64,000 nt of DNA from Polyangiales bacterium (GTDB lineage Bacteria; Myxococcota_A; Polyangia; Polyangiales; Polyangiaceae). The position numbers were made by a program, and so were the translations under genes. Numbering within the stretch: position 1 is the stretch's first letter; each line of letters begins with the position of its first letter. Under the pieces are notes generated by a model. The model made no database searches. It worked only from the letters and a program-made list of their open reading frames with translations, and was not told the origin of the DNA. Shown here piece by piece: positions 30,283 through 44,464 of this stretch. Location of the stretch: positions 32,001 through 96,000 of the forward strand of contig JBBRNJ010000015.1 in assembly GCA_038230375.1 (NCBI GenBank), in the 5' to 3' direction.

Positions 30283-30352
30283 CTCGACCTCGACCTCGAC
30301 CTCGACCTCGACCTCGACCTCGACTTCGACCTCGACCCCAACCTCGACCTCG
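30283..30352 (+). repeat. Intergenic hexamer array (CTCGAC)x11 plus a partial unit
   Basis: Direct reading; two variant units (TTCGAC, CCCAAC). Confidence 0.95.
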
Positions 30353-30370
30353 TGCTCTTTTGCGTGGATC

Positions 30371-31165
30371 ATGTCGAAGCGCTCGTACCAGCCGCCGCGG
30401 AAGGAACCTCGCGGCGCCACCCCAGCTGGCCGTGGCGGTGAGGAGCTCGTGTATGGGCTTCGGGCTTCGCTTGCGGTGCTCACGGTGCGTCCAAAGGACA
30501 TTCTTCGTGTCGCGGCGAGCCCTGCATTGCGCACGGAGCTCACGGCGCTGTCCGCGTGGGCTTCGCGAATGGGTGTATCTTACACGGAGATGGATGACCG
30601 GGCGCTGTCGCGTGCCGCAGACTCGGAGCATCACGAGGGTGTCTGTCTGGAGACGCGACCGCGCACGTGGACCACCCCGGCGGCGCTGCTAGATCTGCTG
30701 CTCTCCACCAAGGGATGCGCGCTCGCGCTCGACCGCGTCAGGAATCCGTACAACACCGGCGCGATCCTCCGCACAGCGGGTTTCTTCGGCCTTCCCGCGG
30801 TGCTGCTCGGCGCGCAGGCGCCTCACCCCGCGCTCTCGCCGCAGGCGGTGCGTGTCGCAGAGGGTGGCGCAGAGCATCTGCGGCTGTGTCGCACGACGGA
30901 TCTGGGCGACACGCTCTCGCGCCTGCGAGCCCGTGGGGTACGTGTGCTCGGCGCCGACGGCGGTGTCCGCGACGACGTGCGAAAGAAGGACCTGTCAGGT
31001 CCGCTGGTCATCGTGATGGGCAACGAGCGCGAGGGCCTGTTGCCCCGAGTCCGCGAGCAGTGCGACGGCATCGTCTCACTCGTAGGAACGGGCGCCGTCG
31101 AGTCCCTGAACGTCTCGATAGCCGCAAGCCTCCTCATCCAGCAGGCGCTGAATCATGCCCGCTGA
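30371..31165 (+). CDS. SpoU/TrmH family RNA 2'-O-methyltransferase
   Basis: HEGV, NPYNTGAILRTA, MGNEREG, ESLNVS motifs. Confidence 0.92.
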   Translation: MSKRSYQPPRKEPRGATPAGRGGEELVYGLRASLAVLTVRPKDILRVAASPALRTELTALSAWASRMGVSYTEMDDRALSRAADSEHHEGVCLETRPRTWTTPAALLDLLLSTKGCALALDRVRNPYNTGAILRTAGFFGLPAVLLGAQAPHPALSPQAVRVAEGGAEHLRLCRTTDLGDTLSRLRARGVRVLGADGGVRDDVRKKDLSGPLVIVMGNEREGLLPRVREQCDGIVSLVGTGAVESLNVSIAASLLIQQALNHAR

Positions 31166-32812
<1,647 letters not shown>

Positions 32813-32822
32813 TACGCCAAGC

Positions 32823-33737
32823 TTACGGCGCCTTGGCGATATCGTTCAAGTCGGCAGCGTACGCATACAAGAAGAACAGGAAGTAGATAAAGAAGTTGCG
32901 GGGCGGGGTCTGGATGCCGCGCATCTGCTTGGCCTTGGCCATCTCCTGCGGAACCGCGACCCACATCCAGTAGTAGTTGTAGCAGGGGATGAAGATCGGC
33001 CACCAGGCGAAGCCGGGGTTGCCGGTGACGGCCTTGAGCTCGTTCGTCATCTTCACGATGTTGATGATCGTGATGACGAGACCGACGAGCGAGATGAGCG
33101 AGCCGAGGCCGCTCATGATCGAGGCCATCGTGTCGCCGATCGCAGCGCCGACGCTGCCGAGGATCGACGGGACGATCGAGCAGAGCACGATCGGGATGAG
33201 GAGGATCAGGTACGGGTTACGAACGGAGGGACGACCACCGCCGCCCTGGCCGCCGCCGAAGCCCATGCCCTGCATGGCTCCACCCATCGCGCCGCCCATC
33301 TGACCGAACTGGCCGCCGGGCTGACCGAACTGACCGGGCTGCTGACCATAGCCGGGCTGTCCGCCGAAGCCACCCGCGGGGGGAGCTCCGCCGGGCTGCT
33401 GGCCGTAGCCGGGCTGTGCGCCGGGCTGACCGTAGCCAGGCTGTGCACCAGGCTGCTGACCAGGCTGGCCGTAGCCAGGCTGTGCACCAGGCTGCTGACC
33501 AGGCTGACCGTAGCCGGGCTGTGCGCCGGGCTGCTGACCGGGCTGACCGTAGCCAGGCTGTGCAGCGGGCGCGGGCTGACCGTAGCCAGGCTGCTGCGGC
33601 TGCTGCGGCTGACCGTAGCCAGGCTGCTGCGGCTGTTGCTGTTGCGGTTGCCCATAGCCAGGCTGCTGACCGGGTTGGCCAGGCTGACCGTAGGGATAAC
33701 CAGGGGGGTAACCGTTTCCACCGGGGGGCTGATTCAT
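32823..33737 (-). CDS. Membrane protein with Pro/Gln/Gly repeat N-terminus (DUF4234/DUF4328-like C-terminus)
   Basis: QPGYG repeats then TM helices with IPCYNYYW and DLNDI. Confidence 0.7.
   Translation of the reverse strand: MNQPPGGNGYPPGYPYGQPGQPGQQPGYGQPQQQQPQQPGYGQPQQPQQPGYGQPAPAAQPGYGQPGQQPGAQPGYGQPGQQPGAQPGYGQPGQQPGAQPGYGQPGAQPGYGQQPGGAPPAGGFGGQPGYGQQPGQFGQPGGQFGQMGGAMGGAMQGMGFGGGQGGGGRPSVRNPYLILLIPIVLCSIVPSILGSVGAAIGDTMASIMSGLGSLISLVGLVITIINIVKMTNELKAVTGNPGFAWWPIFIPCYNYYWMWVAVPQEMAKAKQMRGIQTPPRNFFIYFLFFLYAYAADLNDIAKAP
33400..33700 (-). repeat. Coding tandem repeats ([17 protein letters not shown])
   Basis: Repeated ggctgaccgtagcc units on the plus strand; boundaries approximate. Confidence 0.8.
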
Positions 33738-33893
33738 GGTTGCCGGATGATACCTTCGCTGCGCGCTTTGTCATCAATTTCCAGGGGCGATCGGGCGGTG
33801 ATTTTATCGCCGCGTCGAAGGACCGCTGGAACACCGGAAAAGACGCCGCAAGGCAGCGATGCAAGGGGAAAGAAGAGTGGGTTCAGCGTTTCG

Positions 33894-35843
33894 TCAGAAC
33901 CCGCACTTGTGGCCCTTGTTCTGGGTTTGTAGCCATGCTCGCAGCGGGGCGAAGTACTCGAGCATGGCGCCTGCGTCGGCGTGATCTTCGCCGCCGACCG
34001 CCAGCAGCGCCTCGGGCCACGGGCGACTTGCTCCGAGCGCGAGCATCTTCGAGAGCTTCGTGCCTGCCTCCTTCGAGTCGTAGATGCTGCACTCGTTGAG
34101 CGGTCCCTTGTTGCCCGCGGCCTTGCACAGCGCCCGATGGAACTGGAACTGATAGATGCGCGCGAGGAAATAGCGGATGTACGGCACGCTCGCGGGCACA
34201 TGGTACTTCGCCGCGGGATCGAAGTCCGCTTCGGTCCGCGCGACCGGCGGCGCGACGCCCTGGTACTTCTTGCGAAGCGCCCACCACGACTCCTCGTACT
34301 TCGCCTTCGGCGTCTTGCCGTTCATCACGTCCCAGCGCCACTTGTCGATCAGCAGGCCGAACGGAAGGAACGCGACCTTGTCGAGCGCCATCTTCATCTG
34401 CACGTTGATGACGGCCTTGTCGCCCTTCGGCACGTTGTCGAGCAGGCCCTTGCTCTTCAGATACGTGGGCGTCACGGACAGCGCGAGCGTGTCGCCGATG
34501 CCCTCGTGGAAGCCGTCGTTCGCGCCCGCCTGGAAGAGGATGGGAAGCTTGTAGTATGCATGGAAGTAGTAGTCGTGCCCGAGCTCGTGGTGGATCGTGA
34601 CCAGATCCTCCTCCGTGGGCTCGATGCACATCTTGATGCGGAGATCGTTGTTCCACGTGGGGTCCCACGCCGAAGCGTGACAGACCACGTCGCGGTCCTT
34701 GGGCCGCGTGAACAGCGAGCGCTCCCAGAACGAAGCGGGGAGCGGATCCATGCCGAGCGACGTGAAGAACGACTCGCCGAGCCGCACCATCTCCTTCGGG
34801 TCCTTGCCGTACTTGCTCGCCTTGATCTTCGCGTCGACGTCGAGCGACCCCTGCCCCGGATACGGCTCGACCAGGTCGTAGATGTTTTGCCACTCTTGCG
34901 CCCACATGTTGCCGAGCAGCTGGGCCGGGATGAGGCCGTCCTCCTTGAACTTGTCCTTGCCGTACTTCGTCTCGAGCTTGCCGCGCACGTAGCATTGCAG
35001 GTCGTCGTAGAGCGGCTTCACGTCCTTCCAGAGGCGCTCGATGTCGGCCTCGAAGGCCTCGGGCGGCATGTCGTAGCCGGAGCGCCAGAGCGCGCCCAGA
35101 TCGCTGAAGCCGATCTCCTTCGCGCCCTTGTTGCCGAGCTCCACGTAGCGCGAGAACTTGTCCTTCATCGCGGGCGCGATGGCGTGCCAGCCGACCCACG
35201 CCTCCGTGAGCTCGTCGTAGCTCTTGCTCGATCGGAGCACGCGGGAGAGGTCGTCGAGCGTGAGGCACTCCTTGGGCTTGCCGTCCTTGCTCTTCATGTA
35301 CACGCCGAGCTTGGTCGTCTTCGGCGGACAGTACTTGCCCTTGCCGTAGCTCGAGTCCATCGACGCCTCGATGTCGGCCAGCTCCTTGCGCTCGGCGTCA
35401 TCGGAGGGCGCGGGCACGGTCTGCGCCAGCTTGAGCAGGATGAACTTGCGGCGCAGCTCCGGATCCAGCGTGAGCGCGTCGAAGCGCGTCGCGCTCTTGA
35501 TCGCGCGCGTGATGTACGCCGCGGTCTCTTCTTCGCCGGTCGCGGAGAGCGCCTCGGTGTCGTCGGTGATGTAGTTCTGGCGGACCCAGGCTGCCTGATC
35601 GCGCGCGACCCAGAGGTGGCGCAGATCCTTCTCCGTCTTCTCCATGAAGGCCTTCGCCTCTTCGGGAGTCGCGGGCAGGACGTCCTTGGGCTCCGCATTG
35701 ACGACCACTGGAGGCGGCGGAGGCGGAGGCAGCGGGGTGACCTTTGGACACTCTGCTGGGAGTGTGTCCCCACCGCCGCAAGCGGCAGCCAGGAGGATGA
35801 ACGTCGCGAAGGAGCCAAGGGAGACGGCGCGAGCGAGCTTCAT
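33894..35843 (-). CDS. M2 family metallopeptidase (ACE-like peptidyl-dipeptidase), lipoprotein
   Basis: [38 protein letters not shown]; lipobox AAAC. Confidence 0.95.
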   Translation of the reverse strand: MKLARAVSLGSFATFILLAAACGGGDTLPAECPKVTPLPPPPPPPVVVNAEPKDVLPATPEEAKAFMEKTEKDLRHLWVARDQAAWVRQNYITDDTEALSATGEEETAAYITRAIKSATRFDALTLDPELRRKFILLKLAQTVPAPSDDAERKELADIEASMDSSYGKGKYCPPKTTKLGVYMKSKDGKPKECLTLDDLSRVLRSSKSYDELTEAWVGWHAIAPAMKDKFSRYVELGNKGAKEIGFSDLGALWRSGYDMPPEAFEADIERLWKDVKPLYDDLQCYVRGKLETKYGKDKFKEDGLIPAQLLGNMWAQEWQNIYDLVEPYPGQGSLDVDAKIKASKYGKDPKEMVRLGESFFTSLGMDPLPASFWERSLFTRPKDRDVVCHASAWDPTWNNDLRIKMCIEPTEEDLVTIHHELGHDYYFHAYYKLPILFQAGANDGFHEGIGDTLALSVTPTYLKSKGLLDNVPKGDKAVINVQMKMALDKVAFLPFGLLIDKWRWDVMNGKTPKAKYEESWWALRKKYQGVAPPVARTEADFDPAAKYHVPASVPYIRYFLARIYQFQFHRALCKAAGNKGPLNECSIYDSKEAGTKLSKMLALGASRPWPEALLAVGGEDHADAGAMLEYFAPLRAWLQTQNKGHKCGF

Positions 35844-35925
35844 GAGCCGGGTGTTTTACCAGATGATTTTGGCTGCGTCTCCGATCCCGTGCACGAGCAC
35901 GGGCGCGGCACGGGCGCGGACAGAG

Positions 35926-36815
35926 TCACTGTTGGCGGAGCCAGCTCCAGATCAGATCGATGTATTCTTCACGTATCGTGTGGTTCGCTCCTTTTGGCCA
36001 AGCGGCGTTCTCGTATTTGTCTTCGCAGAAGGTCACCCTGGTCTTGCAGTGGCGGTAGTCCACGCAGCCGTGGGCGGCGTCCGTGACGTCGGTTGCGGTG
36101 GGTCCTTCGCAGCCGTCGATTCGGGCCCACGTGTCGGCGGCGGTCCTGCCCCACTGCAGGAGCTCGTCGGGGTCGGTCGTTCGATGCGTGACGAGCACGG
36201 GTAGTGGCTTGCAGGCGCTCTCGTTTGCGTTGCCCCAGCTCGCTTCGCTGGAGCTCACGGCCCTGAGCACGCCGGGCCTCTTGCAGGCGAGCGAGTTGAT
36301 GAACTTGCCGCCATAGCTGAAGCCCATGGCGTACATGCGCGAGACGTCCACGCAGAAGCCCTGCGCGACCGCGCTCCTCACCTCGTCGAACGCCGTGATG
36401 TCCCTGTCGCCTGCGAGCTCCCACGCAACGCCGTACGAAGTCTTGCGCGCGTCCGGATAGACGACGATCGCCTCGCCCATGACGTGGTCCTGGATCTTGA
36501 ACCGCTGCGCGAGCTCGCCACCGTTCGAGTCGATGCCGTGGAACGCGAACAGCACGGGATACGCGGTGCCTGGGTCGTAGACCTTTGGCGGATGCACACG
36601 AAACGTCCGCCCGCCATTCGTCGCCACCAGCACGCCCGCGGCCACGGGGGCGGGCTTGCCGCAACCGGGCGAACGCAGCGCTCCGCCATCCAGCGCACGC
36701 GAGAGCGAGAGCGCCGCCGGGTCTGCGGGTGGAAGCACGCTCTTCGGCTTGTCCTTGTCCGTGCACGCCGGGAGAAGCGTGACCAGCGCGAGCAGCGCCG
36801 CAGCGCGCTCCGATC

Positions 36816-36819
<4 letters not shown>
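35926..36819 (-). CDS. Alpha/beta hydrolase lipoprotein (PHB depolymerase / CE1 esterase-like)
   Basis: Lipobox LPAC, FHG, VVYPD, GFSYGG nucleophile elbow; ATGA overlap with upstream kinase. Confidence 0.82.
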
Positions 36820-38984
<2,165 letters not shown>

Positions 38985-38998
38985 GACCCTGGATGGTA

Positions 38999-40210
38999 TC
39001 AGAGTTCGCCGAGCGCGCGCTCGAGCGCGGAGAGGCCCAGAAGGAGGTCGGCTTCTGGCACGCTGGAGAAGCAGATCCGCGCGTACGTCTGGAATGCCTC
39101 GCCGAAGCTCTCCCCTGGCGCGAGCAGGACGCCCTGATCGACAGCGCGAGAAAGGAGAAAGGACAGCGGGCGATCGCCCAGCCGCTCCGCGAAGTCGCAG
39201 AACACGTACGTGGCGCCGTCCGGCGCGTGAAACCGCACGCCGGGGAGCCGTGCGAGCGCAGCACACGTGGTCTTTTGCGCCGACGTGTATGCCGCGAGCG
39301 CGCTTGCGAGAAACGCGGGCCCTGCGCGCAACGCCGCGAGGGCGGCGCGCTGCGAGGCGATGGGCACGTTGAAGACGGTATGCACCGACATGCGACGCGC
39401 CGCCGCGACGATCTCGGTGCTGGCCGCAATGTAGCCAACGCGTGCGCCCGCGAGCGCGTGGCTCTTCGAGAACGAGTAGACGAGCGCCGAGCGCGACATG
39501 GCGCCCGGCAGCGAACCGAACGACACGGGGCGCTCGGTGTAGGAGATGTCCGCGTAGACCTCGTCCGCGAACACGAACAGGTCGTGCTCCTCCGCGAAGG
39601 CCAGGATCACCTCGAGGTCGTGCTTGCCAAGGATCTTCCCGTCCGGGTTGTTCGGCGACACGAAGTAGATGGCGCGCGTCCGCGGCGTCCGCACCGCCTC
39701 GAGCATGGCGCGCAGATCGAGCCCCGGCTCGGTGTATGCGCGCTGCGAAACGGGGAGCTCCACCACGACGGCTCCGACGGACGTGAAGATGCCGTGCGCG
39801 AGCGGCCAGTACGGAGCAAACGCGATGACCTCGTCGCCCGGATCGAGCACCGCCTTGGCCACGCAGAAGAGCGCATGCGTGCCGCCCGCGCCAAGGAGCA
39901 CGTGGTCGGGGGAAAGCCCTGGAACGCCGCGCGCGACGCCGAGCTGCGACCCGAGCTCCGCGCGCAGCTCGAGCTGACCCGCGGTCGCTCCGTACCGATA
40001 CATGTGATCTACATCCAACTCCGTGGCCAGCGACGCGTGGCGCGCGGCTGCCGGCGGGGAGAGGTGCGTGTCACCGATGTGAAGGCCCACCAGCGGCTTG
40101 TGCGCCTGCACGCGCTCGTCGACCTTCTTCTGGAGCTCGGCGAAGACGCCTGGCCGCACCTTCGCGGCCGCCGCGGACAGTCGTCCTCGCTGGGGGCGCA
40201 AGGGGCTCAC
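38999..40210 (-). CDS. PLP-dependent class I/II aminotransferase
   Basis: SPNNPDG, DEVY, SFSKSHALAGARVG. Confidence 0.9.
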   Translation of the reverse strand: MSPLRPQRGRLSAAAAKVRPGVFAELQKKVDERVQAHKPLVGLHIGDTHLSPPAAARHASLATELDVDHMYRYGATAGQLELRAELGSQLGVARGVPGLSPDHVLLGAGGTHALFCVAKAVLDPGDEVIAFAPYWPLAHGIFTSVGAVVVELPVSQRAYTEPGLDLRAMLEAVRTPRTRAIYFVSPNNPDGKILGKHDLEVILAFAEEHDLFVFADEVYADISYTERPVSFGSLPGAMSRSALVYSFSKSHALAGARVGYIAASTEIVAAARRMSVHTVFNVPIASQRAALAALRAGPAFLASALAAYTSAQKTTCAALARLPGVRFHAPDGATYVFCDFAERLGDRPLSFLLSRAVDQGVLLAPGESFGEAFQTYARICFSSVPEADLLLGLSALERALGEL

Positions 40211-42585
40211 TTCCCTCCCTTTCCGCAGCGAACATCCTTTGCGATGCCGATCTTGCTCGTGGTGGACACGTCCTTGGTCTCGAGCGTCACCTCGAACGCA
40301 TTGGTGTCCCCGCCGCGCTCGCAGCTGGCGAAGAGCGAGATGTCGAGCCCCAGCGGACCAAAGACGACCGCGCCTCCAGGCCGGAGCTTCTGTCCGGAGA
40401 TGTCCGCGGTGCCCTGCGTGACGACCAGCGGCCCGCCGGGCTCCGTGGGCGACAGCGCCACGTTGAAGTGCACCTCCTGGTTCTGCGTGGTCCAGACGAT
40501 GCCGTCCACGCGCCCGTCGCTCTTGCCGCCTGGGTACACGCGCGCCTGCATCGTGAGCGACAGCGACGCGACGCCGTACGAAGGCGAGAGCCACAGCTCG
40601 TCAGCGCGCGTACGTGGGATGTTCACCTCGATCGTGGCCGGGCCTGATGGGTCGACAGTGAGGACTGCGCTCTGCGATTTTGCGCCGGATGGATCCAGGC
40701 GGAGCCAGACCCGTGTGGCAAGCGGCGTACGCTCGTAGTCCACGCGGACGGGACCCACGTGCGCGCCCGCCGCGGTCTGCAGCGTGACGATGGGGGAGGT
40801 CGCGCGTGTGGACTCCTGCTCGCCGAACGCCTCGAGCGACACGTTCTCGGCGACCACGGTGGTTGTCGGGCCGAACGCACCGAGCCACGTGATGCGCGCG
40901 CCCTCGACGGAGACCTTGGGCCGGCGCCGCTGGTCCGTGTCGACGGCGCCCGTATCGTGGGCCGCACGCCATCGCGTGAGCGCGTTCTGCAGATCCGCGA
41001 GCGCGCCTGTCACCACCACGTCCAGCCCGCGCACGGTGATCGCCTGCGTATCGAGCCCGGAGAGGTCCACGTCGACTGCGTTCGCCTTTGCCGACACCCA
41101 CGGCAGCTCGGGCATGCTCACCTCGACGTCAAGGAGCTTCACGCGGCTCCTGGTCACGTCGGTCTGCCCGATGGTGAGCTTGATGCCCTGCGCGGCCGCG
41201 CTCTTCACGTAGCCATCGCGCACGATGGTGGGCAACGCGAAGAGGAAGCCCGCCGCAGCCAGGAGCAAGAAGAACAGCGCGAACGCGGTGCCGCTCACCC
41301 TGCGCGGCTTCGTGATCGTGATCGCCTTGAAGTCCCCGTGCTGCGACGGCAGCCAGTTGACGTTGGGGATCTCGAGCTCCGGTTTTTTCAGCTCACCTGC
41401 CTTCGGCGGCTTGAGCTCCGCCTTCCACGACGGCGGCTTCAGGCTCTGGGGCGGCGTCGCAGGCCCGGCCTCGGGCTCGGGAGCGAACATCGCCGAAGGA
41501 GGCGGGTGGTAGGGCGGCGGCGTGGGTGGCGGCTGGTATGGGCGAGCAGAGAGCGGCGTGCCCTCACCCGGTGGGATGCTTCGCCGCATCGACACGGGCG
41601 GCGGTGTGAACTCGAAGCGTGTGCGCTCGATCTCGGCGATGCGCGCGGCCCTCTTCGCGAGCTCGGGCCCTGCAAGGTGCTCCACCCACTCGCCCACGAG
41701 CGTTGCGCGAGCGAGCGGCATCACGCGCTCGATCTCGAGCGCCATCTCTCGCGCGGTGGGCCACCGCTGCTGCGGATCGCGGTCCACACATCTCAGGATG
41801 ATCGCGTCGAGCTCGGGCGGAACACTCTCCACGAACGCGCTCGGAGGATCTACGGGCGCGCGCAGAATGGTCGCTGCGACCGCCTGATCGGTGTCGCCCT
41901 CGAACAGTCGGCGCCCCACCAGGAGCTCCCACGCAACGCAGCCTGCTGCATAGATGTCCGACGAGCGCGTGGCGGGTGCCCCGCCGAACATCTCCGGCGC
42001 CAGGTACGGGAGCTTCCCCTTCACGTGCCCCACGGCCGTGAGGTCGGAGCTGGTCGTCGCCTTCGCGATGCCGAAGTCGATCACGCGCGCCACGCCGTCC
42101 GCGCCCACGATCACGTTCTGCGGCGACACGTCGCGGTGGACGATGTTGAGCGGCTCGCCCTGCTCGTCCTTCGCCTCGTGCGCGGCATGCAGTCCCTGCA
42201 GCATCTCGCAGACGATCGCCATACCGACGGAGGGCGGCACGTTCTCGCCGCGCTTCCGCGCGCGCATGATCAGCTTCGAGAGCGCCTCACCGTGGACGTA
42301 CTCCATGGCGAGGAGCACCTCGTCGTCGGTGGTGATCACGTCGAGCGGCTGCACCACGTTCGGGTGCCGGATGCGCGCGGCGAGGCGCGCCTCCTCGTAG
42401 ATCATCGTGCGGCACTCGGGGTTCTGCGCCACGTGGGGCAAGAGCCGCTTGATCGCGATCGTCTTCTGGAACCCGCCCTCGGCCACCATGCGACCGAAGT
42501 GGACCTCCGCCATACCGCCCGCTGCCATCGGTCCGAAGAGACCGTAGCGGCCGACTTGAAGCACGAGGCCCTGGCCTTCGCCCAT
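40207..42585 (-). CDS. Membrane Ser/Thr kinase with beta-rich extracytoplasmic domain
   Basis: GGMAEV, IAIK, HRDVSPQN, DFG, YLAPE, Pro linker, TM helix. Confidence 0.88.
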   Translation of the reverse strand: MGEGQGLVLQVGRYGLFGPMAAGGMAEVHFGRMVAEGGFQKTIAIKRLLPHVAQNPECRTMIYEEARLAARIRHPNVVQPLDVITTDDEVLLAMEYVHGEALSKLIMRARKRGENVPPSVGMAIVCEMLQGLHAAHEAKDEQGEPLNIVHRDVSPQNVIVGADGVARVIDFGIAKATTSSDLTAVGHVKGKLPYLAPEMFGGAPATRSSDIYAAGCVAWELLVGRRLFEGDTDQAVAATILRAPVDPPSAFVESVPPELDAIILRCVDRDPQQRWPTAREMALEIERVMPLARATLVGEWVEHLAGPELAKRAARIAEIERTRFEFTPPPVSMRRSIPPGEGTPLSARPYQPPPTPPPYHPPPSAMFAPEPEAGPATPPQSLKPPSWKAELKPPKAGELKKPELEIPNVNWLPSQHGDFKAITITKPRRVSGTAFALFFLLLAAAGFLFALPTIVRDGYVKSAAAQGIKLTIGQTDVTRSRVKLLDVEVSMPELPWVSAKANAVDVDLSGLDTQAITVRGLDVVVTGALADLQNALTRWRAAHDTGAVDTDQRRRPKVSVEGARITWLGAFGPTTTVVAENVSLEAFGEQESTRATSPIVTLQTAAGAHVGPVRVDYERTPLATRVWLRLDPSGAKSQSAVLTVDPSGPATIEVNIPRTRADELWLSPSYGVASLSLTMQARVYPGGKSDGRVDGIVWTTQNQEVHFNVALSPTEPGGPLVVTQGTADISGQKLRPGGAVVFGPLGLDISLFASCERGGDTNAFEVTLETKDVSTTSKIGIAKDVRCGKGGK

Positions 42586-42610
42586 TGGACCTTGGATTAT
42601 GGCCTGAATA

Positions 42611-44329
42611 TCAGAAGCCGTACATCACGCCGATGTCAGGACCGACACTCGGCACGAACGCGTTGCCGAACGCGAAGTTCGTGCGCAGGCCGCCAAGGAG
42701 GACAATCTTCGACGGCAACGCGTAACGAACGCCGCCGCCGACGGTGATGAAGCCGGGGCCAGTGATCTGCCAGGCGGTCACCTTCCGCGCCGTGGGATTG
42801 CCGGTCTCGACCACGCTGACGGAGACCTGGGTCTCGAACGTGGATACGCCGCCGCCCAGGAACAGGTACGGCTGGATGCCTTGCGCCGCGACGCCGTCCT
42901 TGCCGAGGACGTAGGTACCGCGCGCCTCGAGGTGGAGCGGGGCAATGCCAAAGCGCTTGCCGTCTTGGCCTGCGGCGCTGCCCGGATAGCCGAGAAGCGC
43001 TGCACCAGCGCGAACGCCTGCGAGGATGTTCGGCGTCACTGCGTAGTCGAACGCCGCCATGAGGCGAAGGTTTCCAGGCGCGCTCCCACCGCCGACGTGG
43101 TCGGTCTGGCGCGCGGGCGTGTTGAGCTGGATCTTGGTGTTCTCCGAGCCGTCGCCCGAGCGGAGCGGGTAGTCGGAGCCGTCGTCGCGGACGCAGTAGT
43201 AGCCGCCGGAGTTGATGGGGGTCGCGGAGGTCTTGTCCGGATCGCCCGCGTCCTTCGGGTGTAGTTTACACACGTCGTCTCCGGAGCCGACGAAGCCGAC
43301 GTCGAAGGAGATGTTGACGCCCACGAACATCTTGGGCGCCTTCTTCTGCACGTTCTCCGCGCAGACGCCCTCGCTCTCGTTCTTCTTCTTCTCGCAGAGC
43401 TTGCCCTTGCAGTCGGCGTCTTCTTCGCAGGTCTCGCCGTTGTCCTTGCCGTGGGTCTCGTCGACCTTCTTCTTGCAGCCAGGGAAGTCGGGCGGGCAGT
43501 CGCCGGTGTCGGCGCAAGCGGCGGGCGCGGCCTCACCGGGGAGGTGCGGCGCTTCCCCTTCGATCTTCTCGCGCTTGATCGTGACCTTGTACGTGTTCTT
43601 CGGGTTGCCGCCGACGGCGACCGGATCGTTCTGATCGTTGAAGCCTTGCAGGTAGTACTGCATGGCGCCGACCTGGACGTCGACGCAGGGGATGAGGCCG
43701 CCGAAGCCGCCGGTCTCGCCCATCTTCTTGAGCTCGACGACCTTGAACTCGCTCATGCCGAGGCCCTTGTACTTGGCGACGACGCGAACCAGCTTCTCCT
43801 CACCCTTGTATTCTGCATAGACCGGCACGGGCGTGCGGTAGGTCTGCTCTGCGATCGGCGTGTGCGTGAAGTCGCCGGAAGGCTGTCCGCCGGCGTTGGG
43901 GTCCGTGGGCGTTGCCGCGCCACCGCCGCCAGCCTGCTTCTTCGCAGCGGCCCACGCGGCCTCGATCTCCTTGGTCTTCAGATCCGGATCGAGCTGGATG
44001 TTCGGGTCAGCCTTGAGGGCCTCCACGAACATCGCCGTGCCCTTCACGGAGTCGTTCATGCCGCCGATGGCCACGACACCCAGGTTGCGACGCAGCTCCG
44101 CGCGCACCGGCGCAGAGCACTTGTCGGCGCCGCACGCGGCGATCGCCTTCTCGAGCTTTGCCTGGGCGGCAGCGAAGTCCGTGGCCAGGTAGTCCTCGTC
44201 CATGGCCTTCTTGGAGAGGGCCTTGGCAGCGGCGTCTTTGTTCTGCGCGAACGCCTCTCGCGGTGCCAGCAGGATGCCGACGCCGAGGAGCGCGATGATG
44301 AGAAAAAACAAGCCGTTTCGGATCTTCAC
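42611..44329 (-). CDS. Secreted TPR-like/Cys-rich protein with probable C-terminal outer-membrane beta-barrel
   Basis: Signal peptide (AFA), helical N-terminus, CPPDFPGC, amphipathic strands, terminal Phe (GVMYGF). Confidence 0.65.
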   Translation of the reverse strand: MKIRNGLFFLIIALLGVGILLAPREAFAQNKDAAAKALSKKAMDEDYLATDFAAAQAKLEKAIAACGADKCSAPVRAELRRNLGVVAIGGMNDSVKGTAMFVEALKADPNIQLDPDLKTKEIEAAWAAAKKQAGGGGAATPTDPNAGGQPSGDFTHTPIAEQTYRTPVPVYAEYKGEEKLVRVVAKYKGLGMSEFKVVELKKMGETGGFGGLIPCVDVQVGAMQYYLQGFNDQNDPVAVGGNPKNTYKVTIKREKIEGEAPHLPGEAAPAACADTGDCPPDFPGCKKKVDETHGKDNGETCEEDADCKGKLCEKKKNESEGVCAENVQKKAPKMFVGVNISFDVGFVGSGDDVCKLHPKDAGDPDKTSATPINSGGYYCVRDDGSDYPLRSGDGSENTKIQLNTPARQTDHVGGGSAPGNLRLMAAFDYAVTPNILAGVRAGAALLGYPGSAAGQDGKRFGIAPLHLEARGTYVLGKDGVAAQGIQPYLFLGGGVSTFETQVSVSVVETGNPTARKVTAWQITGPGFITVGGGVRYALPSKIVLLGGLRTNFAFGNAFVPSVGPDIGVMYGF

Positions 44330-44332
44330 AGC

Positions 44333-44463
44333 GGTCTCCGTTGCAAGGATGCAATGCCCTTACAACATTTTCCGAGACCAGCGCGAAAAGATCGCAGAAC
44401 CCAACGGTCCTGCGATGCTTTTGCGACGCTCTCTAGTTGCCACCACCCGCTGCTTGTAGCGGG
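44333..44463 (-). promoter_or_regulatory. Structured intergenic leader (three inverted repeats; last one covers the SD)
   Basis: Stems at 44446-44463, 44381-44429 and 44333-44379, identified by manual complementarity. Confidence 0.55.
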
Positions 44464-44464
44464 A

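Noticed and set aside
30283..30352. Hexamer arrays as a CRISPR array
   Set aside because: 6-bp units with no unique spacers and no cas genes.
35886..35920. CCCGTGC/GCACGGG hairpin with an 11-bp duplication
   Set aside because: Single small GC-rich stem with no U-tract; not seen elsewhere in the window.
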